In this document: positions 1 to 12,156 of the stretch, one piece after another | Layout: each line of letters opens with the position of its first letter | Numbering within the stretch: position 1 is the first letter of the stretch | NCBI RefSeq assembly: GCF_006345805.1 | Contig: NC_043010.1 | Location: forward strand, 3,658,001-3,722,000 | Length of the DNA: 64,000 bases | Direction of reading: 5' to 3' | Source: Octopus sinensis | Taxonomy: Eukaryota | Program-made: the position numbers and the translations under genes | Notes under the pieces: model-generated | The model's input: only the letters and a program-made list of their open reading frames with translations | The model's database searches: none | Told to the model about the DNA's origin: nothing

Positions 1-129
1 TAATAAGGAGTGAATATTCAAATGTGAACACTCATAAAGATATCATTATTGTTACTATAATCTGTGGTGGATATAAATAATTGATAATAATAACAGCAAT
101 AATATAGGTGGTTACAAATACACACACAC

Positions 130-350
130 ACACACACCACACACACACACACAACACCCTATGTAATCAATTGTATCTGGACACCCATCTTATAATGAAG
201 TACAAGTTTGGGCCACTAAAAGAGGCAGCATATATGCTAGGACATAATAAACTCCTAAGCAGACCCAGTGCAGATATGAGTAGCTTATGGGAACTGGTAT
301 TAAGGAAGGATAGGAAAATGTTAGATTTAAAATCCCTAAAATTCACTCCA
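130..350 (+). mobile_element. Possible decayed CR1-like LINE RT C-terminal relic
   Basis: Weak resemblance of 178-260 to the 'RPHLEYAVQVW' segment of CR1-group RTs; heavily frameshifted. Confidence 0.25.
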
Positions 351-354
351 TAAT

Positions 355-615
355 TGCCCACGGGCATATGGCATAGTGGTTAAGAGCATGGGCTACTAAC
401 CCCAAAATTCTGAGTTTGATTTCAGGCAGTGACCTTAATGATAATAATAATAATAATAATAACAACAACATTGGGAAAATACCTTAGGAATGAGAATCCA
501 GGTTTGAAATTTCCCCCAGGACACCTGATGGAGGCTGGAGAGTACATCAGCCGGAATGTTGTATTAATAACAAATAAGATGAGGACAAAAATCCATAAAA
601 TGTAAATAATATACT
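355..615 (+). mobile_element. tRNA-headed short element with hammerhead-ribozyme motif, copy 1 (decayed)
   Basis: A-box-like TGGCATAGTGG, decayed B box (GAGTTTGATTTC), (AAT)n/(AAC)n run, then GACAC-CTGATGG-A-GGCTG..CAGCC-GGAA-TGTT-GTATT at 520-565. Homologous to 1935-2183 and 2190-2449. Confidence 0.75.
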
Positions 616-710
616 TATTTTCGCTATTTTGTTTTTTATATTGTTTATTACATTTACAATACACACAAACACACACATTCATGCAAACATGCATATATGT
701 AGATAATACT

Positions 711-786
<76 letters not shown>

Positions 787-1177
787 TATCGTCATTCTTA
801 TCATAGTTTATTTTACATCCGCTTTTCATGCTAGTAAGGGTTAAATGTTTTGACAGGATACAATTTGTTGGAGGATTGTGTCTTGCTATTGTGATGGCAT
901 GGTTTCTATATTGAGGTGCCTTTCTAACAAAAAAAAAAAGAAATACACACACATATATATATGCAGAGTAGTTGGTGTTAGGGAGGTCATCTAGCTATAA
1001 AAACCCTGCCGAAACAGGCACAGTAGCATAGAATAGTTTTTCTACCGGGCCAGCTCCTGTGAACCATCCTATACATGCATACATGGAAGATAGACGTTAA
1101 ACAATGATGATGATATATTCATGTATGTATATGTGAATGTGCCTGTATATATGTATGTATAAATATTTATACACATA

Positions 1178-1236
<59 letters not shown>

Positions 1237-1246
1237 TATATATATA

Positions 1247-1650
1247 GGCGCAGGAGTGGCTGTGTGGTAAGTAGCTTGTTTACCAACCACATGGTTCCGG
1301 GGTTCAGTCCCACTGTGTGGCACCTTGGGCAAGTATCTTCTACTATAGCCTCAGGCCGACCAAAGCCTTGTGAGTGGATTTGGTAGACGGAAACTTAAAG
1401 AAGCCTGTCGTATATATGTATATATATGTGTGTGTGTGTTTGTGTGTCTGTGTTTGTCCCTCTAGCATTGCTTGACAACCGATGTTGGTGTGTTTATGTC
1501 CCCGTTACTTAGTGGTTCGGCAAAAGAGACCGATAGAATAAGTACTGGGCTTACAAAAGAATAAGTCCCGGGGTTGATTTGCTCGACTAAAGGCGGTGCT
1601 CCAGCATGGCCGCAGTCAAATGACTGAAACAAGTAAAAGAGTAAAGAGAG
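1247..1650 (+). mobile_element. SINE family A (tRNA-like head, internal (TA)/(TG) microsatellite, (AAGAGTA)n-like tail)
   Basis: Head GGCGCAGGAGTGGCTGTGTGG...GGTTCAGTCCC; 3' ...GGCCGCAGTCAAATGACTGAAACAAGTAAAAGAGTA. About 15 near-identical copies in the window. Confidence 0.9.
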
Positions 1651-1934
1651 AAAGAGTATATATATATATGTATGTATGTATATATATATATATATATATG
1701 TATGTATATTTGTATATATGTATAGATAATTAATAAAACATGCATCAGAAATGAAGCAGACTCTAAAGAATAGAGCAGTAATTATTATAACAAAAATTTT
1801 GGATATAGGTTTTGTGTCCACAAGGCATAAGCCTTGCCAGTATGAAACCTTTGGTAACTTTATGTCCAAAATTTAAATTTGCAAGTATATATATGAGTAA
1901 TATTTGAATGTAAACATTTAAAGAAAGATATTAT

Positions 1935-2183
1935 TATTTACATTTGATGGATATTTGTCCTCATCTTGTTTGTTAACACAACGTTTCAGCTGATATAACC
2001 TCCAGCCTTCATCTGGTGTCTTGGGGAAATTTCGAACCTGGGTTCTCATTCGCAAGGTATTTTTCAATGTTGTTGTTGTGTTATTATTATTATTGTTATT
2101 ATTATTCAGGTCACTGTCTGGAATCGAACTTGGAATCCTGGGGTTAGTAGCCCACGCTCTTACCCACTATGCTATATGCCCAT
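1935..2183 (-). mobile_element. tRNA-headed hammerhead element, copy 2 (left arm of head-to-head dimer)
   Basis: Reverse complement reads TAGCATAGTGGG (A-box-like), AGTTCGATTCC (B box), (AAT)n, then GACAC-CAGATGA-A-GGCTG..CAGCT-GAAACGTT-GTGTT. Confidence 0.8.
1975..2020 (-). ncRNA. Minimal type I hammerhead ribozyme motif (best-preserved copy; U4>A change in core)
   Basis: Helix I GACAC/GUGUU, core CAGAUGA+A, helix II GGCUG/CAGCU, GAA, palindromic helix III ACGU, cleavage triplet GUU. Confidence 0.6.
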
Positions 2184-2189
2184 GCTGGT

Positions 2190-2449
2190 TAATATGGCGT
2201 AGTGGTTAAGAGTGCAGGTTACTAACCCCAAGGTTCCGGGTTCGATTCCAGGCAGTGACCTGAATAGTAATAATAATAACAATAACATCGAAAAATACCT
2301 TGGGAATGAGAACCCAGGTTCAAAATTACCCCAAGACACCTCATGAAGGCTGGAGGGTATATCAGCCGAAATGTTGTGTTAACAAACAAGATGAGGACAA
2401 ATATCTGTCAAATGTAAATAATGTAAATAATTCCTTGTCTCTTGAATAT
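2190..2449 (+). mobile_element. tRNA-headed hammerhead element, copy 3 (right arm of dimer)
   Basis: A box TGGCGTAGTGG, B box GGTTCGATTCC, (AAT)n, then GACAC-CTCATGA-A-GGCTG..CAGCC-GAAATGTT-GTGTT at 2335-2380. Confidence 0.8.
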
Positions 2450-2564
2450 AGAAAGGTATTATTATTGTTAATACTATTTGTGGTGAATATAAGTAATTGT
2501 TAATAATGACAATAATAATATAAGTGGTTCCAGGTTTTTAAAATGCATTATATAGCTATAAATT

Positions 2565-3359
2565 AAAATTAGAAGTTAGCACTAAACTTAAGGATGCACA
2601 AGGTGTCAAACCTGTTCAGAAATAGGAGTCAAAATCCCAAATCCACCACCAAAAGCACCGAAATACGACAAAGACAGCAATAAGTGAGTGAATGGTTAAA
2701 GAATTAAACAATAAAAACTTACCATTAAGGATTATGTCATTTGGATATTCATGTACCATGGTTTCGGGTTCTGGCCCAAAGGCCTCAACCCTCGTCAGCA
2801 TGAATCGGCAAGGAAAAATTCTGACTCTGCCACGCCAAGCATCTATTAGTGTTCTGACTTGTTTTGCGCTAAAATCTGCCAGTCTTGGTGCAAATATATT
2901 TATGAGTAAAATTCAAATGTAAACATTCAAAGTATGAGATTATTATTGTTAATATTATCAGTGGTGAATATAAGTAATATCTCTCTTTGGATGTTTACAT
3001 TCGAATTTTACTCATAAATATATTTTCACCGAGGCTGGCTGATTTTGGTGCAAAACAAGTCAGAATGCTGATAGATGGTCAATGTGGCTGATTTAGAATT
3101 TTTTCTTGGTGATTCATGCTGACAAGGGTTGAGACATGCTGGCCAGAAGCTGAAACCATGGTACATGAATATCCGAACAACATAATCCTTAATGGTATGT
3201 TTTTAATTGTTTTAATTGTTTAATTCTTTGACTGTTCGCTTGCTTACTGTTGTCTCTGTCATATTTTGGTGCTTTCGGTGCCAGATTTGGGATTATGACT
3301 CCTATTTCTGAACAGGTTTGATGCCTTGTGCATCCTTAAGCTTAGTGCTAAGTTTTAAT

Positions 3360-3360
<1 letters not shown>
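2565..3360. mobile_element. Fold-back / large MITE-like element with about 365-bp diverged inverted arms
   Basis: 2565-2930 is the reverse complement of 2988-3360 (e.g. CTTAAGGATGCACAAGG / CCTTGTGCATCCTTAAG); spacer about 57 bp. Confidence 0.8.
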
Positions 3361-3406
<46 letters not shown>

Positions 3407-3596
3407 TACTTGCATGTGTGTGTAGAGAGAAGTTTGCTTCCCAACCAAATTGTACTAGGTTTCAGTGCTACTGCATGGCACCTTGGAAAAGAGTCTTCTA
3501 CAATAGCCCCAGGGTGAACAAAGTCTTGTGAGTGGATTTGGAAGATTGAAACTTATAGAAACCTACCATATGTATATACGAGTGTGTTTGTGTCAT

Positions 3597-4135
3597 CATC
3601 TGGAAAAGACTTTCTAACTAGAAAGGGTATGGCCTGGTCAGCCTGTAATGACATGCATAAGATCTGGTCATCAAATCTAAGTAGAGACTTCAAACTTGAA
3701 ATCTTCAAAGCCACAGTCGAACCAATTCTACTAAATGGCTCAGAAACCTGGACGTTATCAAAGAAGCTTGAGAGGCGGTTGGATGGAACCTACACTCGCC
3801 TCCTTATGAGAGCTCAAAATCTCTCGTGGAAGCGCCATCCAACCAAAATGCAAATATATGAGAAACTACCACCTGTGTCATCTTGTGAAAGGTAGGAGAG
3901 CCCAGTTTGCTGGACATTGTTGTAGAACTGAAAAAGAGGTAATTTCTACTCTCCTCCTCTGGAAGCCATCTACTCGCAATGCCAGAGGGCGCACACTCTC
4001 CTACCCTGATGTAATCTCCAGGGATACAGGCATCCAGCAACAGGACCTCCGTAATGCCATGATGGACCATGAAGTCTGGCGTAGCATAGTAAATTCCATT
4101 GTCTCGACCACGATCGAACAATGATGATGATGATG
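3597..4135 (+). mobile_element. RTE-clade LINE 3' fragment (RT C-terminus plus (TGA)n tail), frameshifted
   Basis: KATVEPILLNGSETWTLSKKLERRLDGTYTRLL; RRAQFAGHCCR; stop codon followed by TGATGATGATG. Confidence 0.85.
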
Positions 4136-4369
4136 TGTCTTCTTGTTTTGACATTGTGTAACAGTTGTAAATGAATGTCACTGTCATACGAGTAATGAGA
4201 TATTCTTTGATAATATATCTGTCAATGTGGAAATATTACCTTGCTTGGAAATAGGTGAGTGTTGGCAACAGGTAAATCTGCCACAAATAAATTTCATTCA
4301 GCAAGGCATGTCATGATGAAAAGGTGGACATTAAATGATGAAGAAGAATGGTGAATATGTATATGTATC

Positions 4370-4680
4370 ATCATCATCATCATCATCATTGTTTAGCGTC
4401 CGCTTTCCCATGCTGGCATGGGTTGGACGGTTCAACTGGGGTCTGGGAAGCCAGAAGGCTGCACCAGGCTCAAGTCTGATCTGGCAGTGTTTCTACAGCT
4501 GGATGCCCTTCCTAACGCCAACCACTCCATGAGTGTAGTGGGTGCTTTTTACATGTCACCGGCACAGGTACCAGACGAGTCTGGCAAACGGCCACGATCG
4601 GGTTGGTGCTTTTTATGTGCCACTGGCACAGAGGCCAGGCGAGGCTGGCAACGGCCACGAATGGATGATGCTTTTCAAAT
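4370..4680 (-). mobile_element. RTE-type 3' UTR/tail repeat (family B)
   Basis: (CAT)n then TTTAGCGTCCGCTTTCCATGCTGGCATGGGTTGGACGG; same sequence as the 3' UTR of the RTE at 25330-26950. Confidence 0.85.
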
Positions 4681-5454
4681 TTACCTATTTCATTGGGTTA
4701 GGGAAATGATAGTACTCTTAAAACGTTTTCATTCCTTACTGTTGTCGCACAAAAGGTTTGTGCTAGCTTAACTAACCCCAGTGGAGTTAGTAGCCAGTCT
4801 GTTTATATACATATCAAATCTTGTCGTAACACTTTATTTAAAACTAGAGACCTATCAAGGGGAAACACAGTACACAGTATCAAGGTATGATATAGTATAC
4901 GCAAACCTATATAGTAGATATCATCATCATCATTATCTAACATCTGTTTTCCATGCTGGCATGAGTTGTACAGTTTGATAGGATCTGGTAAGCCAGAGGA
5001 CTGAACCAACCTCTACTGTGAGTGTTGCCAAGGTTTCTATGGCTAGATACCTTTTCTAAGCCAATTGATTCACAGAGTCTACTGAGTGCTTTTTATGTAG
5101 CACCAGAACATACTTATAAAATTTTTGCCCGTATGTATGTGTGTGTGTGTGTACGCACAGGCATAAACTCAGATAAACTTGGAAATGTTTCAGCCAAAAC
5201 TGGCCCAGTCCATGTCTAACTTAATAGCATCATCTGACACCTGATGGAATATGTTCAGTCATTTTCAATCCAAGTTTTCCAGTATTATGGGCCATACAGA
5301 GGGGAGTTTATGGCCCAACCTTGAGACAGCACTAAATTTGATGTTTAGACTGTTTAGGCAATGCTGATGGCATACTGTTCACATTGTACAAATGATGGTG
5401 TGCTCAAGGTAACATTGGAGAGAAGAAACTGTGTTTGTGTGTGCACAGGTATCT

Positions 5455-5458
5455 ACCA

Positions 5459-5506
<48 letters not shown>

Positions 5507-5552
5507 GTCTATCTATCTATCTATCTGTCTGACTATCTATCTATCTACCTGC

Positions 5553-5634
<82 letters not shown>

Positions 5635-5696
5635 GTCTGTCTATCTATCTATCTACCTGCCTATCTATCTATCTACCTACCTACCTATCTATCTAC

Positions 5697-5779
<83 letters not shown>

Positions 5780-5780
5780 C
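5455..5780. repeat. (ATCT)n microsatellite, about 325 bp
   Basis: Direct reading; source of the YLSI/IYLS ORFs. Confidence 0.98.
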
Positions 5781-6220
5781 ACATACACAGACACACACAC
5801 ACATACACACACACATACATGCATTATTAATTACTAACTCTATAAACAAATTTTAGAATAACAGAATGATACAAACTTTTTGAAAAGTTCTTTTTTAATT
5901 TTTTACAAGCATTTTTGTTTATTTATTTCGAAACACATTTGTGTGTGTAAACAAAAATGATCTTAAAGAAATAACTCAGATGGGTCAGGAGTATGCATAT
6001 GAGCAACATGGACAAATACAATTACATAAAATAACATATAACATAAATTCTTGCTTTATTATAATGATCTCTACCTCTCAGGGAAGTGCCACAGTTACTA
6101 AATTCCATTTGAGACCAGCTCCAAATAAAAAGGGGAGATAATCTCAAGAATTAAGAATTCTACAAAGTCGATGTGCTTTTAAGGAAAAGGACAAGCTTAT
6201 TGTATGGAGATAAGAGGACA

Positions 6221-6290
6221 GCCATGGATACATGTTTCTGGCCCAATGAGCATCATCAGTATGATAATTATCATAGCTTATCTTCAGTAG
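6221..6290 (-). ncRNA. Degenerate hammerhead-like motif, possible PLE 3' relic
   Basis: Minus strand CTGATGA-TGCTCATTGGGCCA-GAAACATGTA with palindromic ACATGT; helix I does not pair well. Confidence 0.3.
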
Positions 6291-7129
6291 CCTAGGGACT
6301 CATACATATACAAAAAGAGTAGGACACAGTTATGGCCTAGGTGATTTCTATAATATAAACAAAATTGAGTTAAGAGAAATAACTTGGAGTGACAAGTGGT
6401 ATGTATAAGAACGTCATAGACAAATACAGAAGATGTGGCACAATTACCAAATGGCAACTGATGCCAGCCCTGTATGTATATGTATTTCTATACATATGTA
6501 TGTGTAATGGTAAGTACCAATGCACACAACTCTAGGCCTTTGAGTCCCTCTGTAAATTCTGCCAATTATTAATGAAAAACATATATATACATCTATGTGT
6601 GTGTGTATATATATATACACACATACACACACCTATGAGTATATGTTTTGTGTGTGTGTGTGCATACACACACACATATATTTAAATATGTGTGTTTATG
6701 TGTGGTAAGAAGATTGATTCCCAAGTTCTGAGTTCAATGTCATTGCATAGTATGTTGGGCAAGTGGCTTCTGCTATAGCCTCAGGCTGATCAAAGCCTTG
6801 TGAGTGTACCTGATTGACAGAAGCCAAAAGAAGTGTGTCATATATACATATTTATGTGTGTGCATGTATGTGTGATTATGTGTGTGTGTGTATCGCTATC
6901 TCCTTGCCTTGACATCACATGATAGTTGTAAATGGATGTCACTGCTATGTTGGCAGTACCCATTGTTACAAATCTGTGAAAATATGTTTAACGATTGGCA
7001 CATATTACCTTATTTGAGGTGAGGGTTGGTGACAGGATGGGCATCTGACTGTAGAAAATCCACCTCAACAAAATTCTGTCCAACATATGAAGGCATGGAA
7101 AAGTGGATGCACAAACTGATGATATCTCT

Positions 7130-7226
7130 CTATTTATCTATCTGTCTGTCTGTCTGTCTGTCTATCTGTATGTATGTATATAGACCTGGATAGTTACATA
7201 TATACATACATACATACATACATACA

Positions 7227-7257
<31 letters not shown>

Positions 7258-7560
7258 CCATGTGTATGTAAGAATATGTGTATGTGTGTGTGTATACATT
7301 TATATAAATAATGTGTATACATGATATATATTTATGCATATATATATGTATATATGTATATATTTATGTATATATGTATATATATGTATATATGTATATA
7401 TATATATGTATATATATTTATGTATATATGTATATATGTATATATTTATGTATATGTTTATATGTGTATATATTTATGTATATGTTTATATGTGTATATA
7501 TATATATATGTGTATATATGGGAATATCTATATATCTACACACACCCACACACACATACA
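7130..7560. repeat. Compound (CTGT)/(ATAC)/(TA,TG) microsatellite
   Basis: Direct reading. Confidence 0.95.
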
Positions 7561-8727
7561 TACACACAGGTGGGTGGGGAGAGATGAATATATGCATCTG
7601 CTTATATGTTTACAAATATGTGTGTATGTATATATGTGTGTGTATATATGTATTTATACATAATGTGTATAATGGTCAACATGGGAGATGATGTCGAAAA
7701 TATAAAGATGGATGAGACGGTCAGTGTGCTTCATTTATGTGTGTGTGTATTTCCCACGTGATCTGAAAAATGGGAGCTAATTCATGATGCTTTTATTGAA
7801 ATGGTAGATGTTGCTTTTAAGGAAAATTCTGTTAGTTACTCAATTACTTGTATTATATTTAGAGAGCTGTAGATTAAGTGAAGGAAGGTATTGAAAAAAT
7901 GATTTCTGATGTTTGAGTATGCTTTTAAGAACTGAGCATTAGAAATTAAACAAAATAGGTGTGACAGGACGCCAGTAGTTGCACACATTCTGACAATTTA
8001 ATTGGATTTTGATTTGAAGCTAACTATCTCTGACAAGTAGTGAATACAACAATAAAATGACACAAAACGAAAGATATAGCCTCAAGAGCAAGCTTTGGGT
8101 TAGAGACTTTCTCTAAATGTATATGTGTATTTGTGTATTTTAGTATATCAATACATTTGAATATGCAACTTTTACTGAAGTCGATTTAGTTGGCTTCAGC
8201 AAATCATTTAGATGTATCATGGAATTTTGGATACGAATGATGTTCTTGATATAATTTGTGCTTTGATATTAACTTTGTATCCTTATGCCGTGCAGACTTC
8301 ATATTAAACATTTCTATGGTATACACATGGATATTCTAGTATTTGTATTTAATTTTGCAGTCTTAATACTCATACACAGTACATACATACACATGCAATT
8401 TCACATACATTGGCACATGAATATCCTAAATTTCTTACACTCATATTCTCTCTCTCTCTCTCTCTCTCATTCATTCTCTCCCTTCTCTGTACACACTCAT
8501 ACTCACAAACATATATTAGTACGAGGTTTGATTGCAAAATAATTTACACTACTTACACATATAGATTTGTATGTATAATCTATTACAAGTGTGTGTAGAA
8601 GTATATGGATGCATATGTATGTGAATGTGTATTTGTTCAGTAATTGCTTGTTGAATGTAAGATGTATGAATATTAAAAAAAATATATCTACATATATAAA
8701 GATACAAACACGTATATACCTACACAC

Positions 8728-8882
8728 ATGTATGTATGTATGTATGTATGTATGTATGTATGTATGTATGTATGCATGTATGTATGTATGTATGTATGTA
8801 TGTATGTATGTATGTATGTACGTGTGTGTGTATGTATGTATGTATGTACGTGTGTGTGTATCTATATATATCTATCTATATA

Positions 8883-8928
<46 letters not shown>

Positions 8929-9060
8929 TTATATAATATATACATGTATAAACATAGTATAAATATATATATATAGATATATATCTTATACTTTTCTGTT
9001 TAATGCCTTTATATATACATACATATATCTATCTATCTATCTATATATATATATAATGCA
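8728..9060. repeat. (ATGT)n and (TA)n microsatellite complex
   Basis: Direct reading. Confidence 0.95.
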
Positions 9061-9577
9061 TGGTTATATATGTTTACACACACACATGCACATCACATAT
9101 ATATTGAATATTTGCGTTTTCTGCATATATACTCATTATAGTAACTATTTAAATAGCTTAAGTTTATATTCATCTTAACACCTGAGTGTATGTCATGTAT
9201 AGTCAAATGGTTATTTAAAAACATCAAGTAATATCGGTTAATGACATGATTCTATATCCTTAACATGGTTGAATAGTTATTTTGCAGCTTATTTCATCTT
9301 CACTAGTCTACTCATGAATTGAAAACTTTAACTATTAGGGTTGTAATAAAACTGAGCAAATTTAATCAAGAATATCAAACATAGAAATAAAGGACATTTT
9401 GAAATGAAGGCACAATAGTACATGAAAGCTTCTAGATATGTATTTTTAGTTTGAAATAACAAATTAATCATATATTGTAATTCAATTAAACAAAAATCTC
9501 AATGGAATAAATTTTTTGTCTGAAATGAAATCATCTGCTTTTGTAGTTGAACACACATACACACACACACTTATACA

Positions 9578-9612
<35 letters not shown>

Positions 9613-10032
9613 TTTCATTTATACTAGTTAGCTGATTCCATCATGAACTCATACATTCTTAATACATCTGACTTCAAAGAAGAATTCCCAGTATTAGCTG
9701 TTAAATGTCATAGTTACTATCTGAAAATGCCAGGAAAATATATCATAAACCAAGCTATGTATGAACACCATGAAGGATATTTTCCTGTGAACATTTTAAG
9801 GGACTTGTTGGGCATAACATGAAATGAATGTTTCTCCCTTGAACAACAACATATAGCATTGCATCAGTCACTGACCGTAACATATTACTTTGTAGAATTA
9901 ATTCAAGTACTTTTCTAATAATAGATAATGCACTGATTTTTCTTCAGAAATATAAAAAGCTAAATCTACTGTTCAAATGGTAAATTGTCTTTATTATCAA
10001 CTGCTGCTGGATAGTAACAGAATGTATTAAAC

Positions 10033-10320
10033 ACTCACCAAAGCAGGTAAATAGTCTCCAGAGTGTCGTTAGCTGAGATGTGTATCCTGCTGTAGAGTTG
10101 TATGGTTACTGCTGCTGTTGTGTGCTTAGCAGTACTGTGTAGCTTGGTCTGTGTTGTTGTGTGAATATGAGAGAGAGAGGTCTGCAGTCCTATCAAGTGT
10201 GTATGTAATGTCTGCTGCAGCCAATGACAGGCTGTTTATGGTTCCCATGGAAGGGAAACGGAAACCTGCTTCAGATTCCTGCCGCAAAGAAGTAGATTTA
10301 ACATGGGAATGAGTCACAAA
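10033..10320 (-). promoter_or_regulatory. Candidate promoter and non-coding first exon
   Basis: Non-repeat, GC-richer patch. Minus-strand donor TTTG|GTGAGT at 10039/10038, NF-Y-like AGCCAATGA at about 10219-10227, AP-1 TGAGTCA at 10310-10316, ETS-like CGGAAA. No ATG in the putative exon. Confidence 0.3.
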
Positions 10321-10377
10321 TAATTGCTTTAGACAGTCCTATACAATTGTGTGTGTGTTTGTGTGTACATACATATA

Positions 10378-10438
<61 letters not shown>

Positions 10439-12156
10439 CAGTATTTATATTATATATATATGTATATGAAGATTATTTTCTGTTTACATAAAATAATTTC
10501 GATTGGTAGTATAATTAAGATACACCATTAAAATAGACAGTGATAACTCTATTCTTTTTCGATGTCAAGCCTCTTTCTAAGATGAAAATAGCATGTTTAC
10601 ATTTCAATAAAGAATAAAATCCAAGTTTTTCTTTCTATTCAACTCAACATATAAAATGAACATGTAGTACTGTTAATATACATTTCAGATACCGTTATAT
10701 TAGAATCCAAGAAATACGGATCTACAACTCTGAATAAAGAATCAATGACATTGTTTTGCAGGATTATTGATTCTCTCTGCTTGTTTTATTGATTATATCA
10801 GCATTATTCTTTTAACCATTATTTATTTATTTATTTTTTGTAATTTATATTATAAGGGGACATGATCATTAATAGGTATCTAAAAGAGATTTAGGGTTGC
10901 CTGAAAAACTATTTTTTAAAATACTTGTATATAGTTACTTATATTTCAATAAATATTTTAATAAATTATGCTGTCATTTTCAAATAAAGGCAATCTTTTA
11001 ACTGTGAAATACTTTGAGAATGCTATTTAGGTTTCTGATATTTTTATTATTAATATTTCTTTTTAAGACTCTGAATTGCCTTTATGGATTTCACTGATAA
11101 GAAATTATTACTACCTTAATATTAGTTACTGATAGAAATATAGAGATATATGATTTTGGTTTCATGTTGTTTTCAAACGAAACAGCTCTTCTGCAAAATG
11201 GTGCTGTTGATTTTTATTTACTTTTAGATTAATTATTATCCTTGATAGTAATTATCAGCACATCCAACAATAGTCCAGTAATTATATTGAATAATCATTT
11301 AAAAATGTAATTTAAAACTAATGTTGAAGTAATAAATTATTTTGAAATATTTAATTAAAATTACTATTTGATTTGTTAAATAATTTTCCATGATACTATG
11401 TTTATCAAGGTTAGGCCATGTGAGCTTTCATTTCATTCTATAATAATCAATTAACAAAACAATGTAATGCATAATATTGGCAGTCTATCTAGTTATAAAT
11501 ATATATATATATAGTGTGTGTAAGTGTGTGTTTATCTATAAGTATTCCAACAGTATTCTCTATACTTATCTATGGTTAGAGTCAATAAAAAAAAAACAGC
11601 CCAAACTCTGTTAATTTATACCTATATCTGTCAATGACTTCAGATGTCTGGTCATCCAAATACAAGTTATACTATATTTGGATGACCAGAAAAGCTTGGA
11701 GTGTAAGAATGTCATATTTGCTTTTGGGGGTCTCCATTGACCTGGTTTTTCATTGAGAAGTGAGCTTCTCAGATGCAAGTGTAATTGAGGAAGTGAGTAC
11801 ACAGATCAGCTGACTAGTAAGGTCATTGTACTGACTTTGCCTGAATATGAGATCATTGCTACAAATCCGAAATGCCTGATTCGAGGAATCGCCTGATGAT
11901 TATATGCGTTCAACCTGAAATGAACTCTTGTACCACATTAATCTGCAATTATGTGTCAATGATAATTAACAGCAAAACTAACAAATGATTCTTCTATTTC
12001 ATCTTTTGCTCCATGATGTGTCAAAGGTTATTGGCAAGCAGCTTTAATATTTGACTCAGCTAATATTACACACCATGCTTGAAACTTAGTGCACACAAAG
12101 TTGTGAAAAAAAAATGTATGACCGAGTCCCTTTTTATTACCACTCTGCAGTGAGGT

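Noticed and set aside
2190-2262. Functional tRNA genes at SINE heads (also 34655, 57858, 19897)
   Set aside because: A/B boxes are present but acceptor stems do not pair, and each head continues into a repeat body.
5235-5250. GACACCTGATGG matching the hammerhead element core
   Set aside because: The match is only about 12 nt, with no helix II or GAAA following.
11893-11925. CTGATGA...GAAA spacing resembling a hammerhead
   Set aside because: No helix II or helix I pairing.
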